From: Octopus sinensis
Taxonomy: Eukaryota
DNA: 64,000 nt
Assembly: GCF_006345805.1 (NCBI RefSeq)
Contig: NC_043006.1
Span: forward strand, 63,054,001 to 63,118,000
Direction of reading: 5' to 3'
Position 1 is the first letter of the stretch; each line of letters starts with the position of its first letter. This document shows, one piece after another, positions 1-12,900 of the stretch. The position numbers were made by a program, and so were the translations under genes. Under the pieces are notes generated by a model. It searched no databases. It was given only the letters and a program-made list of their open reading frames with translations, and was not told where the DNA came from.

Positions 1-928
1 TTTTTCACTCGATGTAGAATGAGGAAGTTGGATGTTGAGATAGAGAGGGGCGGAGTTGAGGTGAATCTTTATTGAGTTAGGGATCACAAAGATGGAGAGT
101 AGTGGGTGCAAAAAGTAGTAAAAGAGCGAAAAATTACAAAGGAGTAAAAATCTTTTAAATATATAAAAATATAAGAATATAAAAATTATCTAAGTATATA
201 AATATATAAATACATAAATACACACAGACGTGAAAAAAACATGGGAATATAAATAAATAGAGATAAAGATAAAAAAGCGAAAAATAAAGACGAAAAAAAC
301 AAGGATAAGGAAATTAAAGAAAATATAAAGGGATAAAGAAATATAAAGGGGTGAAGTACTACAAGGGTGGTCAGAAGATAACGTAAGGTACAGAAAAAGG
401 ACATATTCGGTTGTTGAAGCCTAAGGTTGTAATTGGGGGTGTCATAAATTAGGTTAATTGTCTGGAGACCAAGTCGATGGTCAATGTAGGTTGTCTGGTT
501 TGTGGCACAAGTTATCTACTTTCTCGTAAATTGTCTGTGTTACTAACGGTCAACGCATGCATACACATACACATCCACACGTATATATACATACGTACTC
601 TCATGTAAAAATACCGACAGAGATACGCATATACATACGTCCCGCTACGTACAGATACCTAAACCCGCACAAACTAAATACATAACAGCATATACATTAA
701 CACGTCTCTGGAGACGCACTCGTATACATACAAATACATACTCACACGTACATATATTAAGCCCGCACATCTACCCACTTATATACGTATATGCGCACAT
801 ACACAAATATCTCAATATACACATACATACACATACGGAAGAAAGCGCATGTAGTTGGGTACAAGAACTGACGCGCATACGTACGTATACACATACACGT
901 ACATACGCACATACACACACACTCACAC

Positions 929-1045
929 ACACACTCACACACATGAGGAAGTAAATCCCTATGCTTATGCACAAAAATATGCATACACCCACACTCACAC
1001 ACATGAGGGAGTAAGTCCCTATGCATATACACAAAAATATGCATA
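929..1045. repeat. 60-bp tandem repeat (2 copies) inside an AC/AT microsatellite-rich tract (~560-1380)
   Basis: CACACATGAGGAAGTAAATCCCTATGCTTATGCACAAAAATATGCATA recurs 60 bp later as CACACATGAGGGAGTAAGTCCCTATGCATATACACAAAAATATGCATA. Confidence 0.85.
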
Positions 1046-1339
1046 TATGTATATGCACAGAAACAGGTATATCTATTCGCATGCCTACGCCCGTGCGTGC
1101 GCACCTCCATGCACTCGGACAAGGTGGAATTAGAAATGCGCATACAAGTGTACATACGCATACACATATAACTACACACGTACACGCGCACAAGCGCACG
1201 TACCTACACACGTATAAGTATACGTACACACACACACAAACACACACACACATATATATATAAACGCATTCATATACGTACCTGCGTACACACCTATACA
1301 AACGTGTATATACGCGTATATAAACGTGCACACCTATAC

Positions 1340-1379
<40 letters not shown>

Positions 1380-1396
1380 TTGTACCCCCCCCCCCC

Positions 1397-1575
1397 AACA
1401 TCGCTTGACAACCGATGCTGGTAAGTTTACGTCCCCGTAACCTAGCGGTTCGGCGAAAGAGATCGATAGAATAAGTACTAGGCTTACAAAGAATAAGTCC
1501 TGGGGTCGATTTGCTCGACTAAGATTGGTGCTCCTGCATGGCCGCAGTCAAGTGACTGAAACAAGTAAAAGAGTA
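1397..1575 (+). mobile_element. SINE family B, 3' half
   Basis: ACATCGCTTGACAACCGATGCTGG...GGTGCTCCTGCATGGCCGCAGTCAAGTGACTGAAACAAGTAAAAGAG matches the reverse complement of the copies at 8121-8553 and 38438-38847. Confidence 0.85.
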
Positions 1576-2992
1576 TACATTAAAAGAAGAATATTTTGGT
1601 TTTGTTCTACATGTTTCGGTTTTTGAGAAACCTTATCAAAAATATTACTAAAATGGAATATGTAGATAGAAAAAAGCTATTAATAAAATTAACATTCTAC
1701 TCTATACATTTTTAAGATATATATATATATATATATATCCCTCAAGTGGGTTATACAATGTAAAAATAAAATCAAGGGTTATAACTCTGTAAATATCCAC
1801 TAAACCAATCTTGTGGAAAATAAAGTGAATGCAGTTTGAAGACGATCTTGTCATTGAAGCGAACTATGTTCATATAATTTGCTAATAAGATGTAACAAAT
1901 CTTAAAATTGTCGATTGGTTTCACCACCAAACTTCAAAGAAAAAGTTGGCTGCTTACTGCATTGATTTTATTTTGTAAAAGTTTTGGTTTAGATAGTATT
2001 AGGATGCCTGTATGTGCGTGGGAGCGGAGAATGTGGTGGAAAGTGAGGCGATCAAATATCTTTACTGTTTGCGAAATTATATGTACAAAGTTATATATTC
2101 ATGTAATCCACCGAAAAGCAGGTTACCACGCAGAAACATCGTTTTTCTATTTTAGAAATATCACTATAATACTGCTATCTAAAAATTGAAAATAAATATT
2201 GACTCTATAACTTTACGACTTCGACACGTGAACACGTGTATCATTACTCGAATCATTTTTAATATTTTTCTCCTTCCCATGATAGTTTTATGCCTATTAG
2301 GTGGGAATAGCTACGACAATACATTTTGTCGTATTAAACAATGACATATGAATGTCCATTACTTCTAGTCCCTCGATATGATTTATGATTAGACTGAACA
2401 TGTATTTTTTAATGCCTGTAAAGAAAACCACAAATAATGACCAGCCAGCAACATCTGTTCAAACCTCCTTGAAATCATACTCTACTGTTATTCTGTTCCT
2501 ATAAAGTTACGTCGAGAACCTACTATTTAACAAAGACTTCCTTTCACCTGACGATGTAGCATAAATTCTGTATTATTATGGAGGATTTTCTGTATTTTGC
2601 GTTACTGCAGGCATGTAAGTGATATATTATTATCAAATATAATAATATAAATTCACATGTTTTGAAGTAACAAAATAATTTGTCGTGATATTAGAATTTA
2701 TGACTTTATATAATAAAATAACATATTACATATAGTTTTACGGAGATGTACTCGCATAGCAAGTGATTTTTGTCAGTGAACAGGTCGCGGATTTTAGCGA
2801 CGAAAATATTTTGACAAATTAAACTTAGATGTTGAAGTGAATCGAACGGCTTTTGTGTGTTTCTTAAATGGCTTACAAACACCTTCCACGCTGCAAATAT
2901 TACATATATATATAATAAAATAACATATTACATATATATGTGTGTATATACATACATATATACACACACAAACACACACACACACAGACACT

Positions 2993-3024
<32 letters not shown>

Positions 3025-3536
3025 ATAAATAAATAAATAAAACATATGCATATATACATACATATATGTACGTACCTACCTCTACATGCATATATGGGTA
3101 CAGGACACCAAAAAAACGTCGAACATAATGAGAAATGAAAGCATAAAAACAAAACCAAGGAAATGGACATTTCTTTTAAACAACAAAAAATAGAGTACAA
3201 TATATATATATATATATATATGTTTGTCAATATGTATGTATGACTCGTAAACATTAAATATTAGTAGCAATGAAAATGGATTCTCTGAAAGGTAACACTA
3301 CTTCCTGCATTGACCGCTGTTCAGCTATCTCATTAGAATTCGTTGTCTGTTCATATTGTTGGTGTTACTTAGGTCTAGGCTAACAATGACAGAGCCAATC
3401 ACTGATAAGTTTTCCAGCAATTATAGTCACATTCACGTTAAACACGAAAGAGTCTGGTTGGTGGAATTTCGAAGTAAAAGACAAATTATTTCATCCAGTG
3501 CTATACCAATTCCATTAATTCACCACACTGGATTAG

Positions 3537-3605
3537 TACATTATTTATCGACCCACGAAGGGATAAAGTCAAAGGTGACCTTGCTGAGACTTGAACTCAG
3601 ATCTT
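3537..3605 (-). mobile_element. SINE family A, internal fragment
   Basis: Degenerate reverse complement of the family A core GAGTTCAAATTCCGCCGAGGTCGACTTTGCCTTTCATCCTTTCGGGGTCGATAAATTAAGTAC. Confidence 0.55.
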
Positions 3606-4127
3606 CGGGGCAAATACTTCCAGATATTTCATAAGATGCTCTAAAAATTGACGATAACACATTGAATAATTCCTAGAGGAAGCAATGTCCCAGATCTTCT
3701 ATCTGCTAAAAAGTTAACTCTACCGTCTCAATAAAGAACTATTTAATATAGTTGTCCATGGTTTACTCTGCCTAAGTACAAGTCATGATCACAACTGGAA
3801 TGTATTTGATCATAGATCTGCTCTGTTGGAATAGAGTTTGGGTTAAACAACAGCAGCAGCAACAATAATCTAAGCCTTCTATACCGCTCTCTTACACTTA
3901 TCAACTAAGTGACTGATGCATATTGTTGTGACCCCCTTCAGTCATAAATGACCATGGGATTGCACCTAGAAAGTTACCTTCCGAGGTACAAGTCTGGGCA
4001 AGGTAATTTATGCAAGACCAGCAGTTGCCCACGCATACCAGCCTCCCCTCTCCACACCACCAGTGTTATCCAAGGGAAAGGCAACAGCAGATAAAGCTTG
4101 GCACCAGTGACGTCGCAGCTCATTTAT

Positions 4128-4427
4128 TAACGTGCAAGTGGCTGAGCACTCCACAGATACGTGTACCCTTAACGTAGTTCTCGGGGAGATTCAGCGTGAC
4201 ACAGGGTGTGACAAGGCTGGCCCTTTGAAATACAGGTGCAACAGAAACAGGAAGAAAGAGTGAGAGGAGAAAGTTGTGGTGAAAGAGTACAGCAGGGTTC
4301 AATACCACACACTGCCGGAGCCTCGTGGAGCTTTAGGTGTTTTCGCTCAATAAACACTCACAATCGAAACCGCGATCCTACGACCGCGTGTCCGCTGCCT
4401 TAACCGCTGGGCCATTGCGCCTCCACA
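4128..4427 (-). mobile_element. tRNA-derived SINE (separate family), 3'-truncated; preceded by another SINE-like fragment at ~3930-4125
   Basis: The minus strand begins TGTGGAGGCGCAATGGCCCAGCGGTTAAGGCAGCGGACACGCGGTCGTAGGATCGCGGTTTCGATT. This has a Pol III A-box (TGGCCCAGCGG) and B-box-like GGTTTCGATT, followed by a non-tRNA body. Confidence 0.75.
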
Positions 4428-4431
4428 CTGC

Positions 4432-4510
4432 TGCATATACAGTGTATATGCATATACAGTGTATATGCATATACAGTGTATATGCATATACAATGTATAT
4501 GCATATACAG
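4432..4510. repeat. 17-bp minisatellite (~4.5 copies) built from near-palindromic units
   Basis: The unit TGCATATACAGTGTATA is repeated; it yields the palindrome TATATGCATATA across unit junctions and near-palindromic TATACAGTGTATA. Confidence 0.9.
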
Positions 4511-5244
4511 TTTTCAAATTAATATCATTTTTTCTTAATCGAACGTTTGCAGCTGGAATTTTCTGATCAATATTGACTTACATTAGCGGATAGACACACT
4601 TTAGGTGCTGTTTTACACGCGCTTTTTAAATCTTCCCACAGATCAGGAATTTCAGTCTGCGGTTCTTAGTGGCATGTGACGTGATGTGAGATCCTGTGTC
4701 GGAAAAGAATGTATTTTATCGTGAGTCATTTAGCCATCTATAAAGACACAAACCATTTCATTTAATTATCACTGATTTTTCGTGTGAAGAATTAATGTTT
4801 TCGTCCTACTAATGTGATCATACAATGACTTGATTACAGTGCAACTGAATGAAACTTCGTTACTGAACAGATCCTTCAGACCTAATTACCTTGTTAGACT
4901 TACATAATGTTCTTTTGACAATTAGTTATTTGGTAGCTCCACAAGTTGTCATTAGTCAAATCTAGGTGTCTATGTGCTGTGTGTGTATGTATGTATATAT
5001 ATATATATATATATATATAGCACACGTGCTATATATATGTAAAACGTAACTTTATATCACTTTATATGACACAAATATATAGAAATAAGATTATTGCTAA
5101 GAAGGTTTAATTTTAACTGAGTGCTGTAAAACAGAAGCGATGGCAAAAATATAAATTTAGAAGTAATAGCATAGATAATAATTATCTATATACATTCATT
5201 CTTCTATATAATCAAACGTTTATACAATTGTCCGCACACACACG

Positions 5245-5293
<49 letters not shown>

Positions 5294-5725
5294 AACATTC
5301 ATGTCCGTCGGTACAGTCCAAGTAAAGAATATACATAAAAATATATATTCAGTATTTTAAAAACAATAAATGAGGTATAAGTAAAGGAAAAATTATAGGT
5401 GTAGATGATCTTTAATTCACAATCCAGGTTGGTACAGAACCAATATAATTTTACAAATTATTTCGGAGTCTAGAGACAAAAACGAAAATCTCTTCTTGAA
5501 TTAAAAATTAGATTCTTCGTCAGAGAGTACATATTGGTATGAATAATTACGACCCCAAAAATATGCAAAGATCTATCAGAGTCCAGACGGGAATGGACAA
5601 ATAATAATAGAATGAAAGATAATTAGAACGTCAGATAATTCAAAACCAGCATACACTAAAGATAGTCTACACTTTTTCTTTTCCTTTCCTTGTACTTCCT
5701 TATATATATATATATATATATATAT

Positions 5726-6536
5726 TATGTGAAATAGAAAGATGAATAATCTTGTAGTAGATTAATCAAAAGTTTAACCGATACCTTAGTAGCAAAAATC
5801 ACAGCAGTAAACAGCACGGTTGGAGGTACAACCATATGGTGTTGCAACCGTGCGTTGGTGCGGATAATTGAAATTAAAACATTATTGGTGAATTGAAGAA
5901 ATGGAGCTGAACGCAGATTGAAGAGAAATCGTTTTATTTCATTCTACACGTGTTTCGAAAGGCACAAATTACCAAAATCCGATTGAATAATGGGACCATA
6001 TTGTGTCTTTCTCTTCAGGAAGAAAATAGGAAATCCGTTGGAAAAACAACAAAAACAGAACAGAGGCGGAGCAAAAACAATCGAACTATGCTCCTAAGAG
6101 CCCATGGCGAAACTGTTTATCAGTGTATGTTGAGAACCGGTGGCTGAAGAATTTAACGGGTCAGGCATCGGTCAATCATGTGGGTGAGGGTGTGTGGGTG
6201 TTCTTTGTGACCGAGAATAAAGTTCTGACTATTTAAGAAATATTGGATGTTTTATAAGGGCGAGAAAAAAATCTACTTAGAGACGTGTGTGGTGTGTATG
6301 TGTTCTATATATGTGTGTGTTGGCGTAGGGGTAGAAAACATTTTTTGTGTACGTGTGTGCGTTTGATCGTTCGGCTGTCAGTGGCTACTGCCGCGAGAAC
6401 CGTTGGGTGGCAGAAAAAAAAATATATATATATTATGTTTTATGTGTGTGTGTGTTCATCTAAGCCTGCCTTGTCAAGGAAACCCCCCGCTGTGAAAAAA
6501 CCAAGCCCCGTTTGTCTAACAGGAGTAATTCCCCTT
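5726..6536 (-). mobile_element. ~810-bp non-coding, hammerhead-containing element between two (TA)n tracts (PLE pseudo-LTR or retrozyme-like)
   Basis: Non-simple sequence bounded by (TA)n at ~5701-5725 and ~6537-6557. It contains the hammerhead at 5936-6027 and a hairpin at 5814-5853, and has no credible ORF. Confidence 0.55.
5936..6027 (-). ncRNA. Type I hammerhead ribozyme, intact core
   Basis: Minus strand: stem I AUUUUCUUC, core CUGAAGA (6018-6012), stem II GAAAG-A-CACAA / UUGUG-C-CUUUC (10 of 11 paired, 33-nt loop), GAA, palindromic stem III ACACGUGU (5953-5946), GUA site at 5947-5945, then GAAUGAAAU (8 of 9 pairs with the 5' strand, including one G:U). Confidence 0.85.
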
Positions 6537-7339
6537 ATATATATATATATATATATAATCGGGCTTCTTTAAGAGGTCTCCGATACTTTCAGTTGCATGG
6601 AATCGTATCAAATTGTTTTAATTAATATGTGTGTATGTGTGAGCGCGTGTGTGGTGTGTGTATGTATGTGTACGTATATATTTGTATGTATATATATAAA
6701 TGTATGTATATATAAATACCTACATATACACACATAGGCACACACTCATATATATATATATACATACATATATACATATATAGTATATAGATATAAATTA
6801 AAATAAGCAACAAGAAGAAGTAAAATAATTTATAAGAGATAGGAGATTAATAGGTTATGTGCATATATGCATATATACACATATATTTGTGTAGGTGTAT
6901 ATATGCATACATGCGCATAACCTATTACACTCTTATCCCTTATAAATTTTCCTGTTCTTAGATATTTTCAGTTAATTCTATGCGAGATTATTATAAAAGT
7001 ATAAATATTTGCGTATGTGTATGTGTGCATGTGTGTGTATCTGTACACATCTTTATTTCTTCTGATTCATGGCTTAAAATTAATATATAGATAGCATGGT
7101 TATATTTCCAGTTATTCCATAAGTAAATGCCCGGGGCAGCCTTTATAGAAACCAACTTATATATAATTAAGTACATGAATGAATATTAAACTGATTCAAT
7201 GCAGTTTTTCTTTTTTAATGTGTACAATTGATATATACACACGTTTTACCTATTTTGGTTATGATATCATCTTTGAAAATCTTAAATTTTATTTTTTTCT
7301 ACACAACATAAAAATATTACTTTTAAACAATCACCCATA

Positions 7340-7925
7340 ATGCCCCAAAATAAAATTTCCTCTGTATTAATATCTTAGCTACTTAGCATCCTATCCCTTT
7401 CACCTACCCAACCTCTTTTTATAGACAGCTACTTTTTGTCCAGTTGACTACTTCTAATGACTTCTTTCCTCTTTGAGGAAAAGCGATACATATGACAATA
7501 TTTGTGACTATTCCTAACCATGAGCTGTCAACTCACTTTTGTCCGTTCAAAATAGACAGTCTTCGAGTCTTAGATTTAGTAGTTGATAAAGAGATAAATG
7601 ATTTAGAAATGAATTACAAAATGAATTAGAAATGAATTACAATCCGATAACCTAACCACAATAGCCTTCATTCGATCCTTGGAAGTGTAGTCTATTCTTA
7701 ACTTCAATAGCGACAACATGAATTTCTTCCATTTTGCTCTGTTAAAATATTTTGGTAAAATTATATTGTGTCCGACTGGATAAGATTTCTTTATTCATTT
7801 GTGCAGCTGGAGATGGCACTCCCTTTAAATTGATGTAATGATTTCCTTGTTCAATTAAATGGAGTTGCTTGAAATGGTCGTACTGCATCACTACTTGATA
7901 TCTTGTTGGTTATTTTGATTTTATT
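7340..7925 (-). mobile_element. Diverged copy of the upstream part of the PLE remnant at 22517-23095
   Basis: Colinear similarity in shared blocks such as GAGCTGTCAACTCAC, AGATTTAGTAGTTGAT, CAATAGCGACAACATGAATTTCTTCCAT and AAATGGTCGTACTGCATCACT. Confidence 0.7.
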
Positions 7926-8120
7926 CACCTTCTTTCGAGATGTTCTGATAATTCTGGACTGACTTGGTGCTTCAACTTAAGTACCTAATTCAACTGAATT
8001 TCAATTATATATATATATATATAAATACGTGTGTGTGTGTGCCTGTGTGTGTGTTTGTGTGTGTGTGTGTTTCCGTGTGTGTACATATGTATGTATATAT
8101 AGATATATATACATATGTAT

Positions 8121-8553
8121 TCTTTTATTCATATATTTATTTCAGTATTTTGACTGCGGCCACACGGGAGCACCGCCTTTAGTCGAGCAAATCGACCCGA
8201 GGACTTATTCTTTGTAAGCCTGGTGCTTATTGTGTCATTGTCTTTTGTCGAACTACTAAGTTACGTGAACGTAAACACACCAGCATCGGTTGCCAAACGA
8301 TGTTCGAGGGACAGAAAGAAAACACACACACACAGACTATATATATATATTATATATATATATATATAATATATATATATGCATATATACAAAAAGTGCT
8401 TCTTTCAGTTTCTATCTACGAAAACTACACCAAGGCTTTGGTCAACCCGGGACTATAGTAGAAGACACATACCCAAGGTGCCACGCAGTGGAACTGAACA
8501 CGGTACTATGTGGTTGATAAGCAAGCAACTTACCGCACAGCCATCCCTGCGCC
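8121..8553 (-). mobile_element. SINE family B, near full length, with internal (TA)n
   Basis: The minus strand has a GGCGCAGGGATGGCTGTGCGGTAAG tRNA-like head, a CCTTGGGTATGTGTCTTCTACTATAG CORE-like block and a GGCGGTGCTCCCGTGTGGCCGCAGTCAAA tail. Confidence 0.8.
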
Positions 8554-8659
8554 CATATAGGTATATATATGAGGGGTGTGTATGTATGTATGTATACAAA
8601 ATTCAGAATTTATAATAAAAGAGTAAAATTAATTAAATGAATTAATTTATTAATCAATC

Positions 8660-8753
8660 AATCAATTAATAATTTTAACAAGTAGATCGGTACGTTAAAA
8701 TAAATATTATAGGTAAAATATACAAATAATGTATAATTATGTTTATAATTATG

Positions 8754-8788
<35 letters not shown>

Positions 8789-8841
8789 GATATATATATA
8801 TATATATATATTAGATACAGACACACATATATATATATAAC

Positions 8842-8887
<46 letters not shown>

Positions 8888-8933
8888 GATAAATATATAT
8901 ATATATCTATATATATATAGAATATATATATAT

Positions 8934-8972
<39 letters not shown>

Positions 8973-9360
8973 GATAATATATATATATACATGTATATAT
9001 ATATATATTAGATGCATATATATATATATATTTATATACGTATATATATATATTTATATACATATATATATATTTATATACGTACTATATATATATTATA
9101 TACGTATATATATAATATATATTATATATAATTATATACATATATATATATTTATATACGCATATATACATATATATACATATATATATATATATGTATA
9201 TATGTATATATATATGCATATATGTATATATATATATATGTATTTATGTATATATATAATATATATATATATTATATATTATATAATATATATATTATGT
9301 ATGCATGTATGTATGTATATACATATATATATACATATATATATATATATACATACATAA
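8660..9360. repeat. Long degenerate (TA)n/(TATG)n microsatellite; similar tracts at ~9780-9945, 14480-14565, 20370-20490, 25205-25600, 41275-41590, 43240-43350
   Basis: Directly visible. The YIYI-type ORFs in the track are translations of these tracts. Confidence 0.95.
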
Positions 9361-9870
9361 TCAGCGTTGCTGCTCAATCTTCATATTTCATCTAATTTTA
9401 CATATATATTAACTGACCCGGTCAACGTTAGCGCAATTCGATTTTGGGAAACGTGTTATACAATTACGATTCTCTACTTTAATAATCCCAGATTTCACGA
9501 AATACATCTATTTAGATTTATTATTCGTTTGTGGGGAAGTTTAAGTGTATTTTGCTGCATAATTGTCTCCTTTTTCATGTTTTATTACAGTGTAAGCCAG
9601 ATATTTTTGTAAAGTAATTTAAGTCATCGTTTTGCGATAATGCTGATGCAATAAACGACGTTTCCAACAGGTAGTGTCGATATCACACAAGGTCACACGA
9701 ATATGACCTTACAGACATTAATATACAAGCATATATATATATGTGTGTGTGTGTGTTTGTGTGTATACACACACACATAATTATATATATATTATATATA
9801 TATATATTATATAAAGATATATATATATACACATAAATATCTATATCTTATATATATATAATATATATAT

Positions 9871-9949
<79 letters not shown>

Positions 9950-12900
9950 ACTACTATACATATATGCCTCACGCTAGGAGGGACTCTTAAAGTCAAAACT
10001 ACCATATAAACACATTTTGTGTCGAACGTGATGGAATGCAGCTCTCGAAATGCGCCTTCAGCTGCAAATCATATGATTTTATAGGTGAGACTAGCTGACA
10101 CTTAAGCAGCATCGCTGATTGACAGGTAGAGGCCTCGTTCATGGTTCCTCCTCATGGTTCGAAGGCTTGTACTACCAAACAGCTGGTCGGCTCTGGCTAC
10201 TGGAACTGAAACTAACACGACACTGTTGGAATGCGGGTTTAGAGAGTCCGCGGGTTAAGATTACGCGCACCACCCCTCCATTGGTCAGTTGAAGTTTAGA
10301 CAGTGTCACATGACAACTAGCTGCTGCTGGCTGTAGGGAAAAGAAGTGCACTCAACACAAGAGCTGAAACACTTCTAAAAGGGGGGGCGGTGCCATGTCG
10401 AAAACGGAAGGGGAACTAGGGGCCGAAACCGGACGTGGTTGCTTCTGATGATGTCTTTAGCCACTGGATCCTATGAACGAGCTGTAGCTGTTGAGGTAGC
10501 AAACCACGAAACGTGGTTGGAATTCCTCCTTTCTCTTTCATTCATTCTTTTGCTTATTTCAGACCATCAGAAAATTAATAAAATTAAAAATTATCTGAAA
10601 GTCAATTCTCTTCAGAGGTGGTTTAAGATATACAAAATAGCTGTTCGATTCCAGCAGGTTGAGTAAACAGCTGCAAACCGTTAACTGATAAAATTCATAC
10701 ATAAAGTACGTAGTATAAAACATGGTATAAACCTTTGAAGGGGGAGTATTGTTATGTATACTGGAGTTGTAAAGCAAGAATATAACAATATATTCATCTA
10801 GAGTGTTAAGTAAAAGAAAAACTCAATTGGTAAAATTGTCATATTGTGATATGTCCATAGGTATTACACCAATGAAATATTAATATGTAGAGTTTAATAC
10901 AAGCGAGTATTATTAATATATATTTAAGGTGGAAGACAATTCAGGCAATCTATTACTATTATAAATATCCAAAGGGTTAAAGGACTAATAAGAATAATAA
11001 CTTAATGTTAGGTTACATAAAAATTATAAAATAAAAGCAAGAATAAATAAAACCAAATAGAGTAAAGATATATAAAGAAAAAGATAAATAAATGAATAAA
11101 GACTCACAAAACATTACCTTTCACCCCTTACAAAACTTATTATTGAGGTAGACGAATAAAGATAAAGAACTATTCACAATTTTTTTTAAATTTCAGATGT
11201 ATAGTGTTCCCTTGGTGAGATACTAGATGTAAATATTCTACGAGGATCAGGTAAGTAGATATAGTAAGAATTATAGGGAATAAACATATGCTAATAAAAG
11301 TAATAAGGGATTAAATATGGACCATTCAACAAGTTAAATTAAAACTAATTAATATATTATTTAAGCAGTTAAATATAAAGTCCTCAAAACCGAAAGCAGG
11401 CATTTAATATAGAGGTGAAGAGCTAACTGTGAATAATCTAAATTAGGGATATACAGAAAATGAGAGCCAGCAGATATAATCATTCATGCAATGAGATAAA
11501 AAAAAATTGTAAAAAAATTTATTGAACATGAGATAGAAATACGTTGAAATAGAGAGATGGGTATACAGTAGAATTATAAATTATTATTCTTGCTACGAGA
11601 TAGGTAAAAGTACACTGTAATTATAGTATGTATATATAGATGGAGATAAGACCAAATATAAAAAGCCAAAATAAAGAAACAGTCAACGGAAGGTAATAGG
11701 TAAATTACTATAAAGCAAAACAAATAAATAAACTGAGCTAAGTAGAAAATGTGTAGATTATAGTCTTAGAGAGGTGCGCAAGCTAATGAAGTAAAAATAC
11801 GATACAAACTGTAAGTTAAGTTGGTTTATAATTAAACATATTAAAGCATTGTACCAAGAATAAGAAGAAAAAAGAAAGTAAAATAGTTAATTAAAGTCTG
11901 AAAGATAGTGGAAATAATGATTAAATTAGGAGGTAGGTACTAGAAAACTGTAATTATAATATATATATATATATACATATGTTATGTAGATAGTTGTATG
12001 TATGTGTGTGTGTAGTGGGGTATATATGTGTACATGCGCATCTATGTAAACATATGGATATGAAAATAAACAGATCAACATACAAACGAATAAGTACATA
12101 GTTTATATGAACAGACAAGCACACATACGCAAATGGAAACTGAAACACATGACCATATATACACACACACTTTACTTCACACAAGGGCGCATATGGAAAC
12201 ACGTGTCCACACATATAGAGATGCACATCCATACATACAAACATGGTACATAGTTGCAAACACACACACACTCAGACATGCACACAAAAGGAAACAGAGG
12301 TGCATACATATGCAAACACACGCACACTCACACATATACGTACACACACATGGCATGCATACATACATACATGCATGCACATGCACACACACACACACAC
12401 ATACACAGACAAACAAACACACACTGACCCCCACTCATGCGCACGAACACAAAGGAACGCAGTGTAAATAACGGACAGTCAAACTATTGAAAAGGTTGTA
12501 ATAGATATGGAGTTTATAATCATATAGTTATTAAATAAATAAGCCAAGTAATATGAATAAGAGAGTGTAAAAATATAAATACTGATAAAATATAAAAATT
12601 ATAAAATAAAATCAAGAATAAATAAAACAAAAATAGATAGAGTAAAGAGTAAAAATATACAATGAAAAAGATAAATAAATTAATAAAGACATAAGGAATA
12701 AATATAATGGGAGAACCATAAAAGGGCTAAAGAGAGTATAGTGCAAGGGAAAGGAGTAAATAAGCTATTAAACAATTTAAACATACATGTAAGTATAAGG
12801 AATAAGAAAAACTAAAAATTACTAAAAATTACTATATCCGTGTATTAAAATTAAAATCACAAATCTGGCCATGAATATAGGCGAGCCATTGCTTTCATCT

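Noticed and set aside
400-545. Possible decayed GIY-YIG (ITCATNQTTYID) on the minus strand
   Set aside because: A single weak motif amid stops; not distinguishable from chance.
2507-2614. Exon-like segment with AG acceptor and GTAAGT donor, reading YVENLLFNKDFLSPDDVA*ILYYYGGF
   Set aside because: All three frames contain a stop and there is no matching neighbouring exon, so coding cannot be supported.
4360-4427. tRNA-like A/B boxes here and at SINE heads (38790-38847, 58580-58636)
   Set aside because: No complete cloverleaf, and each continues into a repeated SINE body, so they are not tRNA genes.
6092-6125. Plus-strand CTAAGA-GCC-CAT-GGC-GAAAC
   Set aside because: G5 is missing and stems I and III do not form.
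9411-9818. Possible Helitron-like element (TGACCCGGTCA palindrome near one end, TATAAAGA near the other)
   Set aside because: No CTRR terminus and no second copy in the window to define the ends.
10415-10460. GGCCGAAAC...CTGATGA hammerhead-like words
   Set aside because: The order would require a type II fold, but only 4-5 nt separate the cleavage position from the core, so stem I cannot form.
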